Assembly (NCBI GenBank): GCA_051294375.1
Contig: CM119266.1
Coordinates: 12,437,705 to 12,501,704, forward strand
From: Paraspadella gotoi
Taxonomy: Eukaryota > Animalia > Chaetognatha
Length of the DNA stretch: 64,000 nt
Direction of reading: 5' to 3'
Positions 46,431 to 60,352 of this stretch are shown here, piece after piece (positions within the stretch are counted from its first letter, which is position 1; each line of letters opens with the position of its first letter). The notes beneath the pieces were generated by a model. That model searched no databases. It had not been told where the DNA came from and was given only the letters and a program-made list of their open reading frames with translations. A program made the position numbers and the translations under genes.

Positions 46431-46519
46431 ATCCGGCTCAAACGTTCGAGTAACAAGGCGCAAAACACAAGTTTTTTGGCCTCTTGTTTCTCTCATAATC
46501 CAGAACTTGGCGGCCTCTT
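46431..46519 (-). CDS. Candidate internal exon of an unidentified minus-strand gene
   Basis: On the minus strand tttcctctgccgttag|aa gag...gat|gtaagt; 89 nt, open: EEAAKFWIMRETRGQKTCVLRLVTRTFEPD. Confidence 0.45.
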
Positions 46520-47193
46520 CTAACGGCAGAGGAAAGCATTCAGCAAATGTAAAACATATGAACAGCGGAAGGGAGGATAGAATGATAGATACATAAATAC
46601 AAATTTCAACGATAGATATCTCAACATATAACAATAACGGAAAAAACTTGAAACATATTAAGTCTTAATTTAAGAAAAACTTTTAAAAAATGGAGTCTTT
46701 ACAAGGAACCGACTGTTAGATGGAATAAAAATACAATGGGAGATGAAACAAAAAAAGTTAAAGCGGAGTTAGATAAAAATAAAAATGAAATAAACAGTGA
46801 CACCAAAAAAAAACCTAATTTTACGAGGTTTAAGGGTCTATAGGATCGATTTCAAGAGACATATTGGTTAAATCAATTATAAATGTAAAGTCGCCTAAAG
46901 TGATATCTGAAATATTATTCACAACTTTAAACATATAAGTTTCTGGATAAGTTGGTTCTGTTTTCTTTAATGTCAAAAAAATTGCAATAACTTCAATAGT
47001 TAAGATTCGCATAGCATGTATGGTAATTTCAATTTTGCGTGAAAAAAAAATATTCAGCATCTCCTGAAATACAATGACGCGAGATTCACGCGATGAAGAC
47101 ATCGTTATGACAAGAATCTCAGACTTAATAACAGACGGGGATGCTGGGGAAAGAATATTCCTTTCATTTTTCTTTTTCTTAATATCATTCTGG

Positions 47194-47281
<88 letters not shown>

Positions 47282-49149
47282 TCTTTTCTTCTTTCTATTT
47301 CTACCATTATAACAGTCATTTGGAAATCATTAGTCGCTGAGTCTCAGTGAAACCCTTTTCCTTCCTTAGGGGCTGACACCTTTGTATGAAACTTAATGAG
47401 CCAGTTTTAGGAGAAAAAAGGCGAAGGCGTGAGAGAGAGAGAAGATCGAGAGAGAGAGAGAGAGAGAAGAGAGAGAAGAGAAGAGAGACGAGAGAGAGAG
47501 AGAGAGGAGGTGAGAAAACTAATGTTTTTTATTCTTGCTGAATATGTCGCAAATACATAAACACTAAAAAAAGGTTTTAAAAAAAGTAAAAAACTAACAT
47601 AATTTGTATGTATCAGAAAAATAAAGTTAATAAAAAGTCTCTGAACAAGAGAACGTAATGTAAGAAAGATAGAGAAGGGTGAGAGAGAGACTAAGAGAGG
47701 AGAGAGAGAGAGAGAGAGGAGCGTTCGTTTTCCGCATTCGGAGCCGCAATAAAGCTTAGCTTTTTCCCCTTCCCGCTTTTTTTTTTTGCCCGGGAAAGAG
47801 GTTTATTGAAAAATGGGTTTGAAATGTGATCGCTGCAGGTGAAAGGATGACGGGGTCGTCCTCTTTATGGTTGCGAAAACTGAGAGGTGAGACTCATATT
47901 TGCCTCAAAAATGAATATAATGTATATATGGAAAACGTTTGAAAAGCCTCGGCGATTTAGATGATAATACGTATTTTGAACGCAACATTGAATCATTTTT
48001 ATTTCCCATGCAATTTGCATCACAAAATATATAAAAAGAAAAAGGAAGGATAAAATAATGTTGAACTGAAGTAGAAAACTGTTTTTGACAACAAGAGGGC
48101 TCGGCTTAACTCGGCAACGAAACCTCAGTGGAAAGAAATGTAGAATGAGAATGAGAGATAGATAACCTTCGAGGCGCAGAGCATAAGAGAACGAAAAAAA
48201 AAATTGTGAACATCCTTCACAGTAGAAAACAGAAGGCGATAGATTCGGCCGAAGTCAAGTGAAGCGTCCTAGTATCTTGGAGGCCGACGACGACGATGAC
48301 GACGACGACGATTAGTATGTTTGTGTTTATTTCGTGGATTATTGTGTCACGTGATGTCGAAGGAACAAAATATAATAGGCTTTTTCTCTTTCTAGGGTCG
48401 AAATAAATTTCAGTCTGTCAACTGCAGCCGAGTGAAAAAAAAGGACTTTGTTTTGACGTGAGTTATGTCGAGAAAGTTGAATGGCAAGTTTTAATGCCGT
48501 AGCGCGGAATTTACTATAGATAAGAATAAATAAAGACAACCGTCTCTCAGTGGATTAAGCAAGATGAAGTAAAAGGAATATAATCCGATATGTACGTATA
48601 AAAATATTAAAGTTGCTTAGCGCCATCTTAGGAAAATATTCTAGTTGAAACAAAAGGGCAATCGCGTTGAATTATTATTTACTACTTTAATTTTAGGTTA
48701 TTATATTTTTTGAATTTGGATGACTTACCTGAAAGACGATGCGTCAGAGGAGGGAAAAGAGAAAAAGAAAAATGTGAATGATTCGTTAATAAATAATTGG
48801 ATTTTGTCAAAACAAAATTATTGATTCAAAAACATTGGACATAATATCTTAAAACTAATGAATACATATTTTCTAGCTGAATTTAATAGCCAGCTTCTTG
48901 ACTTAATACCATGTGTTCTCGTTTGATTTTGTAAATACCAATTAGACTTAATAGAGTACTATACTGCTGTAAGTAAAGCTGCGTTTCTCTTTCTATTCGA
49001 CTCTCCAGTCTCCACGCCTCGGCGTTGCGCCTTTGAATTTCAATGATCACTACCTTCTCTTTTATTTCAGAAAAAAAACCATTTCTCCTCTACTCTCTTC
49101 TCTCTTCTCTCTCTCTCCTCTCTCTTCTCTCTCTCTCTCTTCTCTCTCT

Positions 49150-49630
49150 CTCTCTTCCTCTGTTTTATCGCGCTTCGTTTGCTTTGTCACCAAATCACTC
49201 ATTAAAAGAAAGGATTTTCTACCTTCTTTCTATTTCTTCTTCCCCATTGAACACTAAATTTAAAAAGAATTGAAATGTTAAAAAAAAATAAGCAAAGAAA
49301 GAAAGAAAGAAAGAAAGAAGAAAGAAAATGAAGAAAAAAAAAGAGAAAGAAAGAAAGAAAGGAAAGAAAAAAAGAAAAAATGAAAGAAAGAAACAAGAAC
49401 AAGCACAAGAAAAGAACAAGAAAGAAAGAAAGAAAGAAAGAAGAGAGAAAGAAGAAAGAGAAGAAGAAGCAGAGAAGAAGATAAAAAAAAAATGGAGAGA
49501 GATTTTGATGAGGCACAATTCGGCGAAGAAGATCGCTTCATCATTGATGTCGACGGAAATAGAAAAGAACCTATTCCTTTATCTGATAATTAAATAATTT
49601 AGCAAAGCTAATTTCTATGGTGGAAGAGAG

Positions 49631-49688
<58 letters not shown>

Positions 49689-51590
49689 AGACGAGGAGAG
49701 AGAAGAGGAGAGAGAGAGAGAGAAGAGAGAGAGAGAACCAGAGACAGGAAACAAAAGAGAGCGACAGATATCGAAGTTTCATGTGCATCCTTATATCCAC
49801 TCGGTAGTTTTTCCTTTCACTTTTTTTAACCCGTTCCACCTCATACGACTCTGCAGGCATTTTTGACGCTAATCCGTCTACGCGAAGGGGAAGGCGAAAA
49901 AAATAGACCGTTTTGTCATTTCAACACGACAATTGAAAAATCGCTGGATCTCGCCAACTTTTTCACCACTCCTATAGCGATTTTTACTCTCGTCGTAGAC
50001 GGAATGAAGTAAGTCTCTTTTAAAAATCTATTTTTCTTTTTCCCTTAAGCGCTGATGAAGAGACGATTTTGGAAAACTAGCGTCTGGCCAAATTCATGTT
50101 TAGCGGTTTCGCTTATAGGGACATTTATTTATGGATTGATATTCGTAGTAGTTTAAAAAATTGAAAAAATATTTTTTTTAAACAACAACAATAAAAGTTT
50201 GAATACTTGTGTTGATTGTAGGTTTGTCATTGTTTAGTGTTTTACTTGACTACTGTTTTATTTTAAGGGTTTTCTGCGTTGCTTTTGAATTCTTGCTTTA
50301 GTTAACCATCTTATTTTTTTTTCTCAATTACGCTGCCTCTTTTTCATACGGATCTCTATATTTTCATAAATATTTTTCCGATCATTATTTTTTTCGTCAA
50401 CTTTTCCTCGTAAACGACATTAATCTATCCAATTATTTTGCTTGCCGTTCTTCGGTATTTTTTTCCCGCCTGTTATATTCTTCATCTTCTCATTATATAA
50501 ATTCGATTAAATTCAATCTGCTAATTCTTATAATTTTTAGTTTAAATTTATTGGCAATTGTTCAATTTCTTGAATAACTTTTCATCCCCCTCAGTCTCCC
50601 TACTCTTTATTCCGCCACTTCCGGTTTCGAAAAGTAATCCTTACTACTTTTTGTTTTAAATTCCCTTCGTAAATTTTTTTTTCATTTCAAAAAACTTCAA
50701 TCTTTTTTCATTACAAATTCTTCTCGACATCCTTTTTTGTCCCCACTTTTTTTTATTTCCCAAATCTTTTTTTCCCCTTTTTCCCTCTTTTTCTTGGACT
50801 CTCGAAAAAATATCTAAAAAAATAAAAAAAACACACATTTTTTTCCTCTTTTTTTCTGATTACTATTCCTCCATTTTTCTTTCTCTTTTTTTTTCCATTC
50901 TCGCGACGGCGCTCTCCCTTCCTCCTTATCTTCTTTTCGGGGATTTCTCTTTTATTCCTCTTCTTTCTTTTCTTTCTTTCCTCCACCCTTCCTCTACGCT
51001 CACAACCCAAACCCTTTTTTTTTCACAGGTGAGGCCCGAGGAGGTACTGAACATAACCTCAAATCACTCCCGCGAGCGATCGAACCAGTCTTTGAGCCAC
51101 TTTCAAAGAATTTGGACATGGATAACCCGGAGGACGGTAATGGAGGGGCGGGGCGAGGGGGGAAGAAAACGGAGGATAAATAAAAGAATCGCGGACGAGA
51201 ACGAAGCAGGAAAAAGGAAAGGAAGATCTTCTGCGCGAGAGTGAGAAAAAAAAGGAACGTGGCGGAGGAACGAGGAAAATAAATAAGATAAAAGAAATGT
51301 TTTTTTTTTTTTTTTGATGATGAAAATCCTGCGAAGAAGAAAAAGAGGAAAGAAAAGAGAGATAGTTAAGAAGGTATTAGATGGCAGAGGAGATAAGGGA
51401 GGCAAGAGAGGGGAACAGAGACGGGTGACAGAGGGAGGGGGGACAGAGAAGAAGGGGGGAATGAGGAAAGGAAAAGATAATTGCGTGAAGAAGGAAGAGG
51501 ACGAAACCGAGAACTGACCACGACGTATTTGTCGACGCGAAAACCATAAAAAGCAGGTGGAAGGAAATGAATATTGACGAGGCTCTCTGT

Positions 51591-51656
<66 letters not shown>

Positions 51657-53842
51657 ATCTCTCTTCTCTCTCTCTCTGTCCCTTCACAGTTCAAACCTCC
51701 CAATATCTTTATCAGCTTCGCGCTTCCTCCTCTCCTCTTCCCTCCTTCTTTCCTTCCCCTCGCTCTCTCCCCCCCCCCAAACTTTTCTTGCCCGTAACTC
51801 TTCGCGTGTTGTTTATATTTTTAAGCTCATGAGAGAGATGATTTAAGGAGAGGAGAAGACGAAGTTGGTGCATTCAAAGGAGGAAAGAACCCGAACGGCG
51901 AAAGGAAGGCCGAGGAAAGGGCCGACCGTAACGCATACAATATGAGACAAACGAGGAGGCAGCGTGGACGCCGATTGTTGCGGGGGCTGGTGGAGCTGCG
52001 GCACTGATTGCGATGGGCGGCGATGTGGTGCGAGGTGTTTCTATCGGGACCGTTGGCGCAGTGACCTGATTGTACTGGATTGTAACAGGGCTGTGCAGCA
52101 GCCGTCTTCGATATCGCCGGGTGATGCGCTTGATATGATTGCGCAAGATCTTTAGCGCGGGCCGAATTGGAAGGCGGGGAGTTAAAGGCGGCGCCCTTCG
52201 GAAGGACTTTGCGCGCGCGCAATATTGCCGCGTCGTTTTTTGAATTACATTATCACTTATATAATTAAGCATTATTAATGTGTTCCCAGATAATGTTGTT
52301 TCTTTGTTTTTGCTTTTAGTAATAACTCTTCTTTTACTTTTCTTATCGCGATGCTCAAACTGACTTTTATTTTTCTTTTTAATCTTAATTATGTCGCGAT
52401 TATTCAACTTTGTTTTTCTTTGGAAAAATCGCCCAGTCGTTTCGAGATGTCATTTTATTTCGCAAATTACGAAGCGTGAATGAAAAATTACCCGCGAAAA
52501 TGGCGGAATTAAAAAGAAGAAAGAAAATGAATGGGTAAAAGAAATCACAAACTTCTTGAATCTTGGAAGCAGGATTCGTTCATGTTCATGTTATTGCCTT
52601 CAATTTATTGACTAAACATCTTTTTTAAGCATGCCTCTTTTTTATCCAAATAATCTTTTTTTTTTTTTTGATTTTCCCAAGCGACGCAATCGCGAGAGAT
52701 GGGTCGGACCCGACATTCGTGAACTCACCCGACCTTTTCATCTTTCACGAAGGTTACTCAACCCACTCCAATTCGAAGCCATTTTTTTCTTGTTCACAAT
52801 CTCGCGCTTGTTATTTCTTTTTTCTTTCTTTTTGTAATCATTTTTTGTGGCATGTTACAAGTTACGAACTGTAGCGATGGAGTTTTTATAAATTAACCAT
52901 AAGCTCCTGACAGTTTAAACTTATACTTTTATACAGCCAGGGAGTTAAAGTGTATTTATAGGACTCTATTATACTTTTCTATAATGCGCTAATTGAAGAC
53001 TCGCAAAACAAGAGTCAAATTTTTTTTACATTTAAAAAATCGTTGTTTGTTAACAAAAGAAACTTTTTTTTATCTCTCTAAAGTATATTATACTTTCTCT
53101 TAATCAAAGATAGAATCCATTCCTCCTAAAACCTCACGAATCCGAGTAATTTTCTCCGTCGATGGGACTTTTGAGAGGAAAGTAAACTTTAATTGGTCTC
53201 CAAGAAAATCAAATTTAAACGCTGACTTCTCTCAGTAGAAAAGGCACTTCCCAAGGGGTAGACTTTTTTAGACTCGGCTTCTACTCGAGAGAATTGAAAT
53301 TTAAAAATCCGGTAAAAAAACGGGAAAGAAAGAATTTAAAGAGAGCGATGGAGGAGGAAGAGGCAAGAACGAGAGAAAAGAGAAATCAGCGGGGAAACAG
53401 GAAGCTGGAGTAAAAGTAGACACTCGAAGCTGAACTATTAAAGGAAAAGGAGAAAGAATAAGGGAGAGAATGATTATCTAAAAAAGTTAAGAACTTGAGG
53501 TTAAAAAAAAAATCAGAGATACATTACGTAAACAATAATATTAGAGAGAGCGAACACGAGAAAGAGGAAATAAAACAAAGAAATAGGAAAAAAAAAAACG
53601 GGACTGAAGGAAGAAGTGAGTAATAGCGGGGGGGGGCAGAACAACAGCAAAGTGAGATGAGAACAAACGAAGAAAGAGAAAGAAAGGTTAGTATAATCGC
53701 GGAGAGAAAGAACATACAAAGCAAAGAGAGAAAGAGAGAAAGACAGAGAGAGAAAGAGAGAAATACGCCGCGCCGGAAACGAACGGGAGCGACCTCTCCG
53801 AGACGCGAAAGAGAGAGGAGAGAGAGAGAGAGAAGAGAGAGG

Positions 53843-53873
<31 letters not shown>

Positions 53874-55649
53874 GCAGAGAGAGAGATGAGAGACGAGAGC
53901 AGCGTCAGAAACGAGGAGAGGAAAAGGTCGAGAGCCAATGTTTGTTTGAGTGCAGACTTAATTTATCCAGTGAGCGCAGAAAACGCGGGAAATTTGAAAT
54001 GGAAGGCCCATCCCAGAACCAGGAATTTAGTGTCGCCCTTCGGAGGAGCATAGATGTGGTGGTGTATGGAAGGAGCGGGGGTATTGTGAGGCATGTGGAG
54101 GAGGGGCTAGAGATGCTGCGGTTCGTAGACGGGACGCGTTTTGGTCTCTTCTAGACAACTGAACAATCGACAACAACGACGAACAACCAATATAACTGTC
54201 TCCGACTGAGTAGGCGGCTCTGCAAAGTCTCTATCTGAACAAGAAAATGGTAAGGGCGGCACGAAAGGGTTAGTCTATAACTAAGGACTCTTCCAGGAAT
54301 GGCGCCGATTGTTTCGGGTCATTTCGAGCTGGGTTCCGATGTTTGTTTAAAAATAAATGAGGTCTCGGCAAGCAAAAGGGTCGGGCCCTTTCGTGGCGCG
54401 ACGAGCAGAGCAGCTGCGAAACCCGATCAAACATCTTCGGAGCTTTACTCCCTCTATAATTTTCCGTCACCATTAATAAGCGCTGGCGGATTTCGTTCTT
54501 CCCCGACAATGGCACAGTGATCGAAATGATGTTTTTTCTCGCGAAAAATTATGCCATAGTACAATTAGTTGGTTTTTAGTTGGTTGTAATATTAAATAGT
54601 AGTTATGGGATAAGAAGACCAATCGACTCTCCGGTGGTGTTTTGTGTTGGGCGTCTGCGGCAAATGCGGCAGGCCGTCTCGGCGCTGGACCAGCGGACAC
54701 AGCAGCCACAAAATTCTGTTCCGACGTCTTATGGCTTCCGGCATCGAGAAGAGAGAGAGAGATTGGTTTCCTGAGAGACCGACGCGGCCAACGTTATTAT
54801 CGACGCCGGTTCCGTCGTATCGGAATTGCGAGAAAGAATATATCGAGGCTTTTATTCGACTTGAGTGGAGTAAATCGTCATTCGTTAGCAAAATGGTAAC
54901 ATGTATGGCCGGTTAATGGTCTTGTGGTTTCTGATCTCGATATCTGCAGTTTTGATCAAGATTAATTTAACTTTGAAATATATAATAAGCTACTCGAGGT
55001 AAAAATACTTCCGCTTTGGCTTACGGGAGTTATACTTAGATATAAATATTTATTAACCTTCAAGATCTCTTTGTCGTCGGTCAGAATAATTATCACGATG
55101 AGGAAACGGACTCATCCTTCTTCCATCATTAAATCATTTATCTTGGCCACAAAAACGAAGCGAAAGAAACCACGTGCTGGACGACGGACCGTACCCTAAA
55201 ATGTCCGTCTTTCTGTCGATCCCTTTGGACCCTGATCCCCCAATTTCCACCCCCCTTCGCCGCCACAAAACGCATTGCAATCCCGGAGAAAAAGCAAAAC
55301 GGCCATCGTTCGTAAGAAATCGTCTCTCCATGCCTCATCGTTTGGCAACCTGGCTGCGCCGGCCCTTTTACGACGTAGACCCCGATGCTTCTCTTGTTTC
55401 TACGACCGCGCGATTTCCGTTTTCCCGCCGCTTCGCACGTTAATGGCGATGCTCTTTAAACCTTTTCTTGTCTACATCCGGGCGCGGAAGTGGGGGGGAA
55501 GAGAGATGAGAGAAGGATACGAGAAACGTAGAAGATAATAATACGGAGAGACGACGGAGACGTTCTTGTTCTCAATTAAATGGCGATCCTGTTCCGGGCG
55601 CCAAAATTGTTTCATTATGTGTTTNNNNNNNNNNNNNNNNNNNNNNNNN

Positions 55650-55686
<37 letters not shown>

Positions 55687-58130
55687 GTTATCGCGCTTCT
55701 TTGCTTGTCACCAAATCACTCATTAAAAAGAANNNNNNNNNNNNNNNNNNNNNNNNNNNNNNNNNNNNNNNNNNNNNNNNNNNNNNNNNNNNNNNNNNNN
55801 NNNNNNNNNNNNNNNNNNNNNNNNNNNNNNNNNNNNNNNNNNNNNNNNNNNNNNNNNNNNNNNNNNNNNNNNNNNNNNNNNNNNNNNNNNNNNNNNNNNN
55901 NNNNNNNNNNNNNNNNNNNNNNNNNNNNNNNNNNNNNNNNNNNNNNNNNNNNNNNNNNNNNNNNNNNNNNNNNNNNNNNNNNNNNNNNNNNNNNNNNNNN
56001 NNNNNNNNNNNNNNNNNNNAAGAAAGAAAGAAAGAAAGAAAGAAAGAGAGAAAGAAGAAGGAAGGAAGCAAGAGAGATTTTTGATGAGGCCACGAATTCG
56101 GCGAAGAAGATCGTTCATCATTGATGTCGACGGAAATAGAAAAGAACCTCATCCTTTTCTGANNNNNNNNNNNNNNNNNNNNNNNNNNNNNNNNNNNNNN
56201 NNNNNNNNNNNNNNNNNNNNNNNNNNNNNNNNNNNNNNNNNNNNNNNNNNNNNNNNNNNNNNNNNNNNNNNNNNNNNNNNNNNNNNNNNNNNNNNNNNNN
56301 NNNNNNNNNNNNNNNNNNNNNNNGAGAGAGAGAGAACCAGAGACAGGAAAACAAAAGAGAGCGACAGATATCAAGTTTCATGTCATCCTTATATCCACTC
56401 GGTAGTTTTTCCTTTCAACTTTTTTAACCCGCTCCCACCTCAACGACTCTGACAGGCATTTTTTGACGCTAATCCGTCTACGCGAGGGGAAGGGAAAAAA
56501 AAGACGTTTGTCATTTCAACACGAAAACTTTGAAAAATCGCTGGATCTCGCAACTTTTTTCCCCACTCTTAGCGATTTTTACTCTCGTCGTAGGACGAGA
56601 ATGAAGTAAGTCTCTTTTAAAAATCTATTTTTCTTTTTCCCTTAAGCTGATGAAAGAGACGATTTTGGAAAACTAAGCGTCTGGCCAAATTCATGTTAGC
56701 GGTTTCGCTTATAGGACATTTATTTATGGATTGATATTCGTAGTAGTTTAAAATGAAAAATATTTTTTTTAAACAACCAATAAAGTTTGAATTACTTTGT
56801 TGATTGTAGGTTTGTATTGTTAGTGTTTTATTGACTACTATTTTATTTTAAGCTTTTCTGCGTTTCTTTGATTCTTGCTTAGTTAACCATCTTATTTTTT
56901 TCTCTCAAATTCGCTGCCTCTTTTTTCATACGGATCTCATATTTTCAATAAATATTTTTCCGATCATTATTTTTTTTCTCAACTTTTCCTCTAAACGACA
57001 TTAATCTATCCAATTATTTTGCTTTGCGTTTCTTCGGTATTTTTCCGCCTGTTATATGCTTTATCTCTCATTATTAAATTCATTAAATTCAATCTGCTAA
57101 TCTTATATTTTTAGTTTATTTATTGCAATTGTTCAATTTCTTGAATAACTTTTCATCCCCCTCAGCTCTCTACTCTTTATTCCGCACTTCCGGTTTCGAA
57201 AAGTAATCCTTACTACTTTTTTATCCCTCGTAATTTTTCATTCAAACTTCAATCTTTCATTCAAATTTTCTTCTCGACATCCTTTTTTGTCCCCACTTTT
57301 TTTTATTTTCCCAAATCTTTTTTCCCCCTTTTTCCTCTTTTTCTATGGACTCTCGAAAAATATCTTTAAAAAAATATAAAAAAAACACACATTTTTTTCC
57401 CTATTTTTTCGATTCTATTCCTCCATTTTCTTTTCTTTTTTTTTTCTCCATTCTCGCCGACGGCGCCTCCGCTTCCTCCTTATCTTCTTTTCGGGGATTT
57501 TCTCTTTTTATTCCTCTTTCTTTTCTTTTCTTTCCTTTCCTCCACCTTCCTCTATCTCACAACCCAAACCCCTTTTTTTTCACAGGTGAGGCCGAGATGA
57601 ACATAACCTCAAATCACTCCCGCGAGGATCGAACCAGTTTTGAGCCACTTTCAAGAATTTGATGGATAACCCGGGAGGAGGTAATGGAGGGGGGGGCGAG
57701 GGGGGGGAAGAAAAGCGGAGGATAAATAAAAGAATCGGGACGAGAACGAAGAGGAAAAAGGAAAGGAAGATCTTCTGGCGCGAGAGTGAGAAAAAAAAAG
57801 GAACGTGGCGGAGGAACGAGGAAAATAAAATAAGATAAAAGAAATGTTTTTTTTTTTTTTTTTGATGATGAAAATCCTGCGAAGAAGAAAAAGAGGAAAG
57901 AAAAGAGAAGATAGTTTAAGAAAGGTATTAGATGAGCAGAGGAGATAAGGGAGGCAGAGAGGGGAACAGAGAGGGGACAGAGGGAGACAGAGAAGAAGGG
58001 AGGGAATGAGGAAAGGAAAAAGATAATTGCGTGAAGAAGGAAGAGGACGAAACCGAGAACGACCACGACGTGTCGACGGAAAACCATAAAAGGCAGGTGA
58101 AGGAAATGAATAGACGAGCTCTCTGTGTCT

Positions 58131-58172
<42 letters not shown>

Positions 58173-60277
58173 ATCTCTCTTCTCTCTCTTCTCTCTCTTC
58201 TTCCATCACAGTTCAAACCTCCCAATATCCTTTATTCGCTTCGGCTTCCTCCCTCCTCTTCCCCTCCCTTTCCTTCCCTCGCTCTCTCCCCCCCCCCCAA
58301 ACTTTTTTCCCCGCGGTAATTTCGCGTTTGTTTATATTTTTAAAGCTCAGAGAGAAGATGATTAAGAGAGGAGGAAGACGAAGTTGGCATCAAAGGAGGA
58401 ACGAACCCGAACGGCGAAAGGAAGGCCGAGGAAAGGCCGACCGTAACGCAGACAAATTGAGACAAACGAGGAGGCAGCGTGGACGCCGATTGTTGCGGGG
58501 CTGGTGGAGCTGCGGCACTGATTGGATGGGGGCGATGGTGCGAGGTGTTTCTATCGGGACCGTGGCGCAGTGCTGATTGTACTGGATTGTAACAGGGCTG
58601 TGACGCCGTCTCGATATCGCCGGGTGATGCGCTGATATGATTGCGCAGAGATCTTTAGCGCGGCCGAATTGGAAGGGGGGAGTTAAGCGGCGCCCTTCGG
58701 AAGGTACTTTGCGCGGCGCCAATATTGCGCGTCGTTTTTTGATTACATTATCACTTATATAATTAAGCATTATTATGTGTTCCCAGATAATGCTGTTCTT
58801 TGTTTTGCTTTAGTATACTCTTCTTTTACTTTTCTTTATCGCGATGCTCAAACTGACTTTTATTTTTCTTTTTTAATCTAATTATGTCGCGATTATTCAA
58901 CTTTGTTTTCTTTGGAAAATCGCCAGTCGTTTCGAGATGTCATTTTATTTCGCAAATTACGAAGCGTGAATGAAAAATTACCCGCGAAAATGGCGGAATA
59001 AAAAAGAAGAAAGAAAATGAATGGGTAAAAGAAATCACAAACTTCTTGAATCTTGGAAGCAGGATCGTTCATGTTCATGTTATTGCCTTTCAATTTATTG
59101 ACTAACATCTTTTTTAAGCATGCCTCTTTTTTTATCCAAATAATCTTTTTTTTTTTGATTTTCCCAAAGCGACGCAATCGGAGAGATGGGTTCGACCCGA
59201 CATTGTGAACTCACCCGACCTTTTCTTTCAACCGAAGGTTACTCACCCACTCCAATTCGAAGCCATTTTTTTCTGTTCACAATCTCGCGCTTGTTATTTC
59301 TTTTTTTTTCTTTTTGTAATCATTTTTTGTGGCATGTTACAAGTTACGAACTGTAGCGATGGAGTTTTTATAAATAACCATAAGCTCCTTGACAGTTAAA
59401 CTTATACCTTTTATACAGCGAGGGAGTTAAAGTGTATTTATAGGACTCTAATTATACTTTCATAATGCGCTAATGAAGACTCGCAAAACAAGAGTCAAAA
59501 TTTTTTTTTCATTAAAAAATCGTTGTTTGTTAACAAAAGAAACTTTTTTTTTCTCTCTAAAGTATATATACTTTCTCTTAATCAAAGATAGATCCATTCC
59601 TCCTAAAACTCACGAATCCCGAGTAATTTTCTCCGTCGATGGACTTTTGAGAAGGAAGTAAACTTTAATGGTCTCCAAAGAAAATCAAATTTAAACGCTG
59701 ACTTCTCTCAGTAGAAAAGGGCACTTCCCAAGGGGTAGACTTTTAGACTCGGCTTCTACTCAAGGAGAATTGAAATTTAAAAATCCGGTAAAAACGGGAA
59801 AGAAAGGAATTTAAAGAGAGGAGGAGGAGGAAGAGGAAGAACGAGAGAAAAAGAGAATCAGCGGGAAACAGAAGCTGGAGTAAAAGTAGACACTCGAAGC
59901 TGAACCATTAAAGGAAAAGGAGAAAGAATAAGGGAGAGAATGATTTCTAAAAAAGTCTAAGAACTTGAGGTTAAAAAAAGAATCAGAGATACATACGTAA
60001 ACAATAATATTAGAGAGCGAACACGAGAAAGAGAGAAATAAAACATAAGAATAGGAAAAAAAAACGACTGGAAGGAAGAAGTGAGTAATAGGGGGGGGGC
60101 AGAACAACAGAAAGTGAGAGAGAACAACGAAGAAAGAGAAAGAAAGGTTAAGAGATCCGGAGAGAAAGACATACAAAGCAAAGGAGAGAAAGAGAGAAAG
60201 AAGGAGAGAGAAAGAGAGAAATACCCGCGCCGGAAACGAAGGGAGCGACCTCTCCCGAGACGCGAAAGAGAGAAGAG

Positions 60278-60352
<75 letters not shown>

